DNA of 64,000 nt, from the NCBI RefSeq assembly GCF_022846255.1, contig NZ_AP025682.1. One strand, written 5' to 3'. Numbering within the stretch: the first letter of the stretch is position 1; every line of letters starts with the position of its first letter. Position numbers and translations under genes: made by a program. The notes below the pieces were generated by a model. That model saw only the letters and a list, made by a program, of their open reading frames with translations, searched no databases and was not told where the DNA came from. This document shows positions 51,685-60,500 of this stretch, piece after piece. The stretch is from Escherichia coli. Its GTDB lineage: Bacteria; Pseudomonadota; Gammaproteobacteria; Enterobacterales; Enterobacteriaceae.

Positions 51685-52788
51685 ATGAAATTATCTATCG
51701 ACATTTCAGAACTTATTCAATTAGGGAAGAAAATGTTACCAGAAGGAGTCGATTTTTTTCTGGATGAATCCCCTATTGACTTTGATCCTATAGATATTGA
51801 GTTATCCACGGGTAAAGAAGTTAGTATCGAAGATCTTGACCCTGGTAGCGGGCTTATCTCTTATCATGGCCGCCAGGTTCTTTTATATATTAGGGACCAT
51901 TCAGGGCGTTATGATGCGGCTATCATCGATGGCGAAAAAGGAAAACGTTTTCATATTGCCTGGTGCAGAACTCTTGATGAAATGCGCCATAAAAATCGAT
52001 TTGAAAGGTATCATGCAACTAACCGCATAGATGGTTTATTCGAAATTGATGATGGTTCAGGTCGGAGCCAGGATGTTGATTTACGGGTATGTATGAATTG
52101 TCTGGAACGACTTAATTACAAAGGAAGTATTGATAAACAAAGGAAAAGAGAGATTTTTAAATCATTCTCATTAAATGAGTTTTTTTCAGATTATAGTACC
52201 TGTTTTCGTCATATGCCTAAGGGTATCTATGACAAAACAAATAGTGGGTATGTCGAAAACTGGAAAGATATATCAAAATCAATACGAGAAAAGGCCAAGT
52301 ATACTTGTAATGATTGTGGTGTGAATTTATCAACCGCCAAAAACTTGTGCCATGTCCATCATAAAAATGGCATCAAATATGATAATCACCATGAAAACCT
52401 TCTTGTTCTGTGTAAGGATTGCCATCGTAAACAGCCCCTCCATGAAGGTATATTCGTTACCCAAGCTGAGATGGCTATCATTCAACGTTTACGTTCCCAA
52501 CAAGGGTTATTAAAAGCCGAATCCTGGAATGAAATATATGACCTGACTGATCCATCAGTACATGGTGATATTAATATGATGCAACATAAAGGCTTTCAAC
52601 CTCCTGTTCCTGGGTTAGATCTTCAAAACTCAGAACATGAAATTATTGCAACCGTAGAAGCAGCATGGCCAGGCCTTAAAATTGCAGTTAACCTTACTCC
52701 CGCCGAAGTCGAAGGATGGAGAATATATACCGTGGGTGAGCTGGTTAAAGAAATACAAACAGGAGCCTTTACGTCAGCAACGTTGTAA
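51685..52788 (+). CDS. zorE: Zorya type II ZorE (HNH endonuclease), 367 aa
   Basis: HNH signature CNDCG...HVHHKNG...NLLVLCKDCH; third gene directly after zorA/zorB. Confidence 0.75.
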   Translation: MKLSIDISELIQLGKKMLPEGVDFFLDESPIDFDPIDIELSTGKEVSIEDLDPGSGLISYHGRQVLLYIRDHSGRYDAAIIDGEKGKRFHIAWCRTLDEMRHKNRFERYHATNRIDGLFEIDDGSGRSQDVDLRVCMNCLERLNYKGSIDKQRKREIFKSFSLNEFFSDYSTCFRHMPKGIYDKTNSGYVENWKDISKSIREKAKYTCNDCGVNLSTAKNLCHVHHKNGIKYDNHHENLLVLCKDCHRKQPLHEGIFVTQAEMAIIQRLRSQQGLLKAESWNEIYDLTDPSVHGDINMMQHKGFQPPVPGLDLQNSEHEIIATVEAAWPGLKIAVNLTPAEVEGWRIYTVGELVKEIQTGAFTSATL

Positions 52789-52799
52789 ATTCCGAAACT

Positions 52800-52835
52800 C
52801 CGTGAAAGTTAAGGCTTTCACGGAAGATAAATATA
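52800..52835 (+). terminator. Terminator-like hairpin after zorE
   Basis: ccgtgaaag-ttaagg-ctttcacgg 9-bp stem 12 nt after the zorE stop, followed by an AT-rich tract. Confidence 0.45.
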
Positions 52836-52998
52836 ATTTTCCTGATTTGTGACTCAAATTACAAAAGTCGTTTATGGCATAACTTGTCTGTTTTTTTTGG
52901 TGTAATAGGTATAAAGGCATATGCTATGGTTAGCCTTATATTTAAAACTTTCCTCATACGGGTGAAGGTTAAAGATTGGTAGATAGGTTACAGTCACA

Positions 52999-53607
52999 AT
53001 GAATAAAGCAATAACGGTGCTTGCTATAATGATGGCTTCATTTTCCGTAAATGCGTATGTATTACCGGAAACGCCTGTGCCATTTAAAAGTGGTACCGGA
53101 GCAATTGATAACAACACTGTCTACATTGGTTTAGGTAGCGCAGGTACGGCATGGTACAAGCTGGAGAAACAGACCAAAGATAAAAAATGGACAGCGTTAG
53201 CTGCATTTCCTGGTGGACCGAGAGATCAAGCAACTTCTGCATTTATTGATGGCAATCTGTATGTGTTTGACGGCATTGGCAAAAACAGTGAGGGCTTGAC
53301 TCAGGTATTTAATGACGTTCACAAATACAACCTCAAAACCAATAGCTGGGTTAAATTGATGTCGCACGCGCCGATGGGCATGGCGGGTCATGTGACATTT
53401 GTACACAACGGCAAGGCTTATGTTACTGGCGGTGTTAACCAGAATATCTTCAATGGCTATTTTGAAGATCTTAACGAAGCTGGAAAAGATTCAACATACC
53501 GAACGCCGGAGAACTGGACGACGACACCACGAAGCAGTCATTTCAGTCGGGGGATGATTGTAGACAAATTTGTTGACGCTATTTTGCGGTTTTGGCGTGA
53601 AGGGTGA
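52999..53607 (+). pseudogene. Chimeric nanM'-'nanS remnant (first ~165 codons of a nanM homologue fused to the last ~37 codons of a nanS homologue)
   Basis: 52999-53493 aligns at roughly nine in ten bases (by eye) with nanM 18670-19166; 53494-53607 aligns with the nanS 3' end 20695-20821 minus a short deletion; a GGTATA-type motif lies ~95 bp upstream. Confidence 0.75.
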
Positions 53608-53661
53608 GCATTCATTAATTTGATTTATTTGCATCCATCAACGCTTTTAACTGCTCCGGCG
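53494..53661. repeat. Right copy of the diverged direct repeat bounding the island
   Basis: Matches 20695-20875 (see left copy); similarity ends at ...ctgctccggcg in both copies. Confidence 0.7.
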
Positions 53662-54193
53662 AAAACGGTGGTTTGCGTCGGTGCAACATCGCATGGCAAT
53701 TAGGGCACACAGGAAGCAAATCATTAACTGGATCCAGCTGGTAATTCTCTTTAATGGCTGAAAGCGGCACCAGGTGATGCACATGGATAAAGCCTTCAGC
53801 GATATCACCATAGATCTTCACCAGATCAACGCCGCATACGTTGCACTGGCATCCATGATGTTCGACCGCTTTATCTCGGGCCTTTTTATCGCGTTCATAG
53901 CGGTTTACTGTCACCTTTATCGCCGCACTTTCAACGTATGTCTCCTGCGACGGCAACTCATCCGGGAACAGAACGTCGGCTATGGGAGCCGCAGCGGCTT
54001 TATCCAGATGAATATGAAATCCCTGCTCTATGAGTAGCTTGAGACATTTAGATTTTATTCCGCCGGTGAAATCCGCAGGGGTAAATTGCGTCCCCGTCAT
54101 CAATGTCGCTGCGATGCCAGCAATCGCCTTCGAGGGGTAACGTCGGCCATGAATACAACCGCGCAGGCTGGAACTGATGAGTTTCTCCCGCAT
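53615..54193 (-). CDS. HNH endonuclease-domain protein (192-aa ORF; probably the 3' part of a frameshifted longer gene together with the overlapping ORF 54048-54254)
   Basis: HNH motif HGCQCNVCG...HVHHLVPLS...LLPVCPNCH; an overlapping upstream ORF in another frame (MNKLPDHLPRRYIIEAIHLWDAGE...) suggests a frameshift; its last ~15 codons are also present in the left repeat copy after nanS. Confidence 0.6.
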   Translation of the reverse strand: MREKLISSSLRGCIHGRRYPSKAIAGIAATLMTGTQFTPADFTGGIKSKCLKLLIEQGFHIHLDKAAAAPIADVLFPDELPSQETYVESAAIKVTVNRYERDKKARDKAVEHHGCQCNVCGVDLVKIYGDIAEGFIHVHHLVPLSAIKENYQLDPVNDLLPVCPNCHAMLHRRKPPFSPEQLKALMDANKSN

Positions 54194-54333
54194 CCCATAA
54201 ATGGATAGCTTCGATGATATACCGCCGCGGAAGATGATCGGGGAGTTTATTCATGGAGAATGTCCTTATACGTTCTCAGAACAGGCAGCAAAAAAACAAA
54301 TGAGATCAAGGTAATATATCTTCACTTGCAGGC

Positions 54334-55263
54334 TTGAACAGCAGAAAATTTGCGAGCATGATCGCAATTATTTCACTGCCAGGGATATCAATGGCTTCCA
54401 GTAAATCGCTACAGCAGGCAATTGCCAATATAAAAATCTGGCACAAGGGTGAACAGCGCGCGCCGCATAAGCCATTGTTATTGCTATATATATTAGCGGG
54501 ATACCTGAATGGACATCCGCGCCTTTTCGATTATGGCTCGGAAATCTACGAACCTCTGCACAGTTTACTGGAACGTTTTGGGCCACAGCGTTCACAGTAC
54601 CGACCTGATATGCCGTTCTGGCGATTACAAGGCGACGGATTCTGGCAATTACACAATGCCGAGCTTTGCTCAACAGCAGGGAGCAGCCGACAACCACCAG
54701 TGAAGGAACTGACTGAATACCACGTTGCAGGCGGTTTCGATGAACAGCACTACGCCCTGGTAACTGGCAATAAAAAACTCATCAATACTCTGGCGCAACA
54801 GATACTCGAAGCGCACTTCACCGAGAGTATTCAGGAAGAAATTGCTGACGAGCTGGGTTTTGATCTCCAGCAAATCCGTAAACAGCGCGACCCGTTATTT
54901 CGCAAAAATGTATTACGCGCTTATAACTACCAGTGCGCGATATGTGGCTTTAATATGCGCCACGACGACACCACCGTCGCGCTGGAAGCGGCGCATATAA
55001 AATGGAAACAGCACGGCGGTCCTTGTGAAATTCCTAATGGCCTGGCGCTTTGCGCAATTCACCATAAAGCCTTTGATAAAGGATCGATTGGCCTGGATGA
55101 AAATATGCGGGTACTGGTATCAGATGCGGTAAACGGCGGAGGGATCGTTGAGAAACTATTCTGGGATTTTGACGGGAAAACTATTGCTTTGCCGCAGGTA
55201 CGTAAAAATTACCCTTATGAGGGATTTGTGGAGTGGCATCGAAAAGAGGTTTTTAGGGGGTGA
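54334..55263 (+). CDS. HNH nuclease-domain protein with an uncharacterised N-terminal domain (309-aa ORF; start uncertain)
   Basis: C-terminal HNH-like motif YQCAICGF...EAAHIKWKQHGG...ALCAIHHKAFDKG; N-terminal ~180 aa has no motif I can name. Confidence 0.55.
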   Translation: MNSRKFASMIAIISLPGISMASSKSLQQAIANIKIWHKGEQRAPHKPLLLLYILAGYLNGHPRLFDYGSEIYEPLHSLLERFGPQRSQYRPDMPFWRLQGDGFWQLHNAELCSTAGSSRQPPVKELTEYHVAGGFDEQHYALVTGNKKLINTLAQQILEAHFTESIQEEIADELGFDLQQIRKQRDPLFRKNVLRAYNYQCAICGFNMRHDDTTVALEAAHIKWKQHGGPCEIPNGLALCAIHHKAFDKGSIGLDENMRVLVSDAVNGGGIVEKLFWDFDGKTIALPQVRKNYPYEGFVEWHRKEVFRG

Positions 55264-55373
55264 GGTTGATAATACCGCGCCCCTATAATCTTGCCATCTC
55301 GTGCATTGAGATGTTAAAAGCTACAAATGTTCTCCCTATTTTTCAATGTAGACATTTATAGCAATATCAAAAT

Positions 55374-56372
55374 TTATTGTTCAGCTTTTTCAACAACAAA
55401 ACCATTTTGCCGTACAAACTCAATCAAGAGTTCAATATTAACAATGCCCCATTGATTAGAAATAGCAACAATTTCACCAGAGGGAAGTGTAATCAACGCA
55501 TCTTCATTAATATGATAGCGACTTTTTTGCTTCTCTGGTATCTGATCGATAAGCATAACCGTACGTTTTTTAAAGTCATCACTTAATCCATTTATTAAAT
55601 CATTATAACTTGCAGGATTAAATTGTCTTATCCAATCACGTAATAATTCAAGCGCTAATTTACGTTTATTAAGTTCTTTATCTTTATATATATACCACGT
55701 ATAGTCCTTCTCTTTTTTCTGACTGCTAATTAGCTGTTCATCACGTTTTTCACGAAATTTAACTTGATATTCTTCCAATTCAGGAACCGGTATGATTTGC
55801 TCTGCATTGATTAGAACATCATCATTAAATCTATAAGGCGTCAGACGAACACATCGAATGTCTACCCCCTTATCTCTTAACCAAATCGCAGTGGTAGTCA
55901 GTTCCTTGCTAAAATCCGATGATGCCAAAACAATTCTGATATCTTTTCCGAAATCAACAAGCTCAGTTTCATCCAATTCAACAAATTCAAGTATTTTTTC
56001 TTTCGCATCGGCATCGCAGTTTTGTTTTTTCAAATACGTCTGGAAATATTCACATGCTTTCGCAAAACTCATTGTGGAAATCATCGCCGCATATCGTAGT
56101 GCCTGTAACTCCATATGCGCCCCCGTTTCATCACGTTTTAATTCGATAACCACTAAATTTGCCTGTTTATCGATTGCCAATAAATCAATTCGCCGACGGC
56201 TATCTTCCCAGTCAGAAAACTCTTCGGAAATCACCAGACAATCAGGAGCAATAATATCTATATTTTTTTTGATTGCTTCCTGTAAATCATAACGTTCCTG
56301 TAATCCTTCCAGAGTAAATGTCGTTTTTTCTAAAGCATGTAGTTCTTTATTTGCGATATTGTACAGCGCCAC
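55374..56372 (-). CDS. PD-(D/E)XK-superfamily nuclease-like protein (332 aa), function unknown
   Basis: Candidate PD-(D/E)XK motif RIDLLAIDKQANLVVIELKRDE in the N-terminal third; co-directional with jetD 126 bp upstream. Confidence 0.45.
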   Translation of the reverse strand: MALYNIANKELHALEKTTFTLEGLQERYDLQEAIKKNIDIIAPDCLVISEEFSDWEDSRRRIDLLAIDKQANLVVIELKRDETGAHMELQALRYAAMISTMSFAKACEYFQTYLKKQNCDADAKEKILEFVELDETELVDFGKDIRIVLASSDFSKELTTTAIWLRDKGVDIRCVRLTPYRFNDDVLINAEQIIPVPELEEYQVKFREKRDEQLISSQKKEKDYTWYIYKDKELNKRKLALELLRDWIRQFNPASYNDLINGLSDDFKKRTVMLIDQIPEKQKSRYHINEDALITLPSGEIVAISNQWGIVNIELLIEFVRQNGFVVEKAEQ

Positions 56373-56498
56373 GTTTATCTTCCTTTTTTAACTGATTTTA
56401 CAGGGACTTTAACACAGTAAAAATTTTATTTCCTGAGCTGTAATCGATTAAGCTGATGCATTCAATGGGAATGATATCACCTAAAAAGCACATTATGA

Positions 56499-57554
56499 CT
56501 ATATAAATAAACCTAAAGAAGCCACACCTTCTTGGGGTAGACGCTGGTGGATCGCCAGAAGAGTCTTCATTTCTCGTAAAACAAACTTTGGCATCCAGCC
56601 ACACTGTAACTCGAAATCAAACCGTTCGTTGTTGGCGTTCCCTTCCGCTGTCATCAGGCCATTTAAGATCAGTTTATTATAAAGCCATTCATCTAAATGC
56701 AAGCTGATACCGTAATCATTAAGCAACTTACAACGCAACTGATGAGCGATTTTTAAGCCCGCAACATCCAGATCGCCAAAATAAAGTAGTTGTTCTACCT
56801 GTTCGACCTCAAGGAGTTGTGACACGCACTCCGCCTGACCGGAAACTTTGTTACCTGCGCCATAAATGACCAGTGACCAGCGAGTCTGTGCTCGATTAAG
56901 TTGGCATAGCCGATAATACACATCGGAGTTTTCAACAATGATAGCCGGAAGATCATGGCAACGAGATGACTCATACGGTAAAGGCGGCGCACGTCGAAAC
57001 GCGCCCATATCAGCCAAAGTCAGAGTGACATGCTTCCAGCCATCAGGTGGCAAGGAGTCCAGAGCTTTTTCGTCACCAAATATAAGCAGAGACCGCTCAC
57101 GATGTCCAAGCAAGCCCGGGAATAGCGACTTGTCGCCCCCGGTTTGGCGAAAAAGATATGTATTCAGCTGTTGTAAGCGTGCCTTGATTGGCTGGGTAAG
57201 TTGTCCTGTAATACGTCGGGCCAACCAGGGATGCCAGGCTATTTCTGATGTTGTCTTCGTAGGAACGATGGCACCTTCGTAAACAAAAGTACTTGGCAGG
57301 CTCATACCCCGCCAGTAACGCTGCCAACTCGCTTTGTGCTTAGGTTGAGCCCGCCAGTCCCTTTCAAGCAGTTGCGTAACAGCCTGACTCAGCAAATCAG
57401 GCACCTCCTGGCTCAAGGCCTCTTGATTGTGTGCGCGTAATACCTCATCCAGCACCGCATTAGCTTTCACTGTACGCACGGCCTTACCAGCGGCAAGACG
57501 ATGTTTATTGGCTGTCGACTCCAGTCGGGATAGCCAGATCATTACGCTACTCAT
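56499..57554 (-). CDS. jetD: Wadjet JetD-like protein (Toprim-type nuclease subunit), 351 aa
   Basis: Candidate Toprim acidic motif (LLYFGDLDVAGLKIA) and position immediately after the SMC-like gene. Confidence 0.65.
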   Translation of the reverse strand: MSSVMIWLSRLESTANKHRLAAGKAVRTVKANAVLDEVLRAHNQEALSQEVPDLLSQAVTQLLERDWRAQPKHKASWQRYWRGMSLPSTFVYEGAIVPTKTTSEIAWHPWLARRITGQLTQPIKARLQQLNTYLFRQTGGDKSLFPGLLGHRERSLLIFGDEKALDSLPPDGWKHVTLTLADMGAFRRAPPLPYESSRCHDLPAIIVENSDVYYRLCQLNRAQTRWSLVIYGAGNKVSGQAECVSQLLEVEQVEQLLYFGDLDVAGLKIAHQLRCKLLNDYGISLHLDEWLYNKLILNGLMTAEGNANNERFDFELQCGWMPKFVLREMKTLLAIHQRLPQEGVASLGLFI

Positions 57555-57566
57555 CTCATATCAACC

Positions 57567-60500
57567 TTAAATGACTGGATCGAACTGTGGCTTAGCAGCC
57601 AGAGAAGCCGCCCACAGGGCATGGCGTTCTTTATCAACGGTTACCAAATCGCGCCGCCTCAGTTTTTGAACTTTATTCAGGAAGAGATGGTTATCAAACA
57701 TTGATTGGGCGTTTTCATCCGAAATACCAGTCAGGTAGATGAGCTGGATTTTATAGGCTTTGGCCATTTGGGTTTGAATGCGCATTAGATCATTGGCATT
57801 CGATTTACCCAGCGGGTTATCGGCTAACAAGAATCCTGCACTTGAAATACCCGTATCGTACTCTCGTACTTTACCAACCGTCACAAACAGTAAAAAGGCA
57901 GATGTAAGGCGCTGTCCACCCGAACCTTCAAGTCGGGTGACAGGAGTCCATTGTGGACGGCTGGCATTCGTCTTCAGCAAACGCACCTCCAGTTCCCCTT
58001 CGCCAAATACCGACTGAACCAAATCAGCTGTCAAGGCGTCCCGATTGGGCGCTCGGGGTATCTGTCCCCTGGCTATCCACTGCTGCAAGCGGCTGCTGGC
58101 AAAACCCCTGATATCAGCGGCAACATCATTCAACCGGTCGGTCATTTTAATAATGGGCCGACCAGGCAGTACGGGGCAATCCTCAGGAATTTTGACCGAC
58201 ATCGCGCGCCTGAGAAGCTTAATCGCCCCTTCCAGATGAGCAGTCAGATGGGTGACAGTCAGATCAATCGAACGTTGGAATTGCTCGAGGCTGTCCTGCA
58301 CAGCTTCGAATACCTGCGAGATCCCTGTACCGACCCTCTCCAAATCGCCCAGCACTTCATGATAAGTTGCGATTGAGTCCAACGGCCGTAAGTATTCCTG
58401 ACTGGCTCGGGCGTCTGGATCCTTGGCCAACTCTTCTTCGATGCGTTTGCGGAATTTTCCCCAGACCGTAGAGACGCGCATATTTTGCTGTTTTAGCGTT
58501 TCATTTAAACCGGCATACACTTGGCATTGTGCAGCCAGATCGTCAGCATATTCTGTGATGCTCAGGATCCTACCAGGTAGACCTGCGGCAGAGCTCGGCG
58601 TAATGGGCTGGATCATCGCTTGAGCTGTTTTGGCGTTCTGTAGCCGCTCTTTCACATTTTCAATCTTTCTCAACAGCAGTGTCTTTTGTTCCAGTAGGAA
58701 CTTGATCTGGTGTTCAATCGCATAAAGGTTATTGACGATTTCAGCCAGAGACGTTTGGATTGCCTCTATCTCAATGGGCTTCTCTTCCCAGACAAAATCC
58801 TCGTCAAGTGCTTTACTAGCCTCCTCACAGCTTTGGGAAAATTTTTGCAGAGTTACCTGAGAGCTAATTAGATTTTGCGTGAATTGCTTTTGCTGTTCTT
58901 TGAGGCGTACGATGCTGTTATTAATTACCGTTAGCTCATTGATGGCCGCAGCTTTTACCTCATCCGGATATGTATTGTAGGTGGGTTGAGCGGTCAAACG
59001 ATCAGAGGCGTAACGTTGTGCCTGTTCAGCATCTTTCAGTTGTTGCTTGAGAACGGTCACTTGATCACCGTTGGCTGCTTCGAGCAATTTTTTGTGCGCC
59101 TGAGCAGCCATCTCATGGGCATATTCAGGGCTTCGTCCTTCCATACCTTCAGTCGCCGTAATCTCTGAATAGAACGGTTCGTTACACAGATTACTCCAGC
59201 TACCTATCTGGATAATTAAAAGGGTTTTCTCGGAGCGTTTGTTCTTCTCGAGCTCGCTCAGCCGTTCCAGCCTCTCTCTCTGGGTGTAAAGAGTGTTCTT
59301 GCTTCGCTGAATCTGTGCAGCTAACTGCTCCAGTTTCATTATCGCCGTTTCACGCTTCGCCCATTCTTTTTCTACAAAAAGACTCACTTTATCATGTGCT
59401 TTTTCTGCCTGAATTTTCTGCTGTTGGGCGTTGTTTAAACGCACCTGGACATCTCTCTTCTCGTCACGCAGTGTTTGCTCATCATGCTCAGCTTGCTTAA
59501 GTGCTGCATCAGCATTTTCCAGTATTAATAGAGCCAGCTCCCGTTGGTCAAGCAGTCCCGCCCAATGCTTACCATACTGTTCGTAATGCCGACTCCAGTC
59601 ATTCCTGAAAGATTCCAGTACTTTAAGGGCGCTCTCCGCAGCCTTCACACTGACTTCCTGCGACGCTACGGTATTCTCCAGGTCTTGCAGCCGGGTTTCG
59701 TAAGCGGCCTGGCTATATCCGTGCTTATCGGGGTTTGAGAGGACAACCTGTACTAATTCAGACGTTTCTCGGCGGAGATCTTGTGCTTCATCCAGCAAGT
59801 AAATAGCAATAGGTGCCTTCTTCCAGGGTAGGATCTCACTAATTTTATGGACCTGTTCAAACGTTACATTGTCGAGTGCGACCAGGCTCAGGTAGCGGCC
59901 AGGGTTCTGATCGATCACCGCTGCAATCTTTTGTGCATCATCGTTGTGAGCAGAGGCCAAATAGTGTGGAAATGTCCATAGCTTATCCCGTGCAATGCCC
60001 GCAGCATAAAACGCTTCAAGTGCCTCATTGACCTGCTTAGCAACCAGTTCATGTCCCGTCACCCTCAACTCGTCCAGTTCGTGCCGGGCTTGCAGTAAAC
60101 GCTCTTTCATTCCATTCAGCGTTTGAGCGTTCGCATTCAATACTTTGTCGAGCTGCAATCCACACAGCTCGCTGTGCCAACTCGTGTCTTCAATATCCAG
60201 ATCATGTCGCGTTGACGATGGCAGTTTTTGATAGGTTTTTGCTAAAAGTAAGGCACTATCCACAGCTGACTGGTGTTTTTGTTTAGCCAGAATGAGTTTT
60301 TGCTGGGCCTCACTTTTCTCAATTGATGCCTCCCGCACAACATTCAGCTGTGCTTCCAGCGCCTGCTCTTTCTGATGAAGAATTGTATTAGCCAGTTCTT
60401 CACTCTGCTTTGCATCGCGTAAGGTTAATTCCAGTCGGTATTGGGCTGCTACTGGTGTTTCATCCTTCTGGATCAACCCAGCTTCACATAATTCATTCCG

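Noticed and set aside
52999-53607. Second functional nanM paralogue
   Set aside because: The ORF is a chimera of a nanM 5' portion and a nanS 3' end, lacking most Kelch repeats; treated as a recombination scar.
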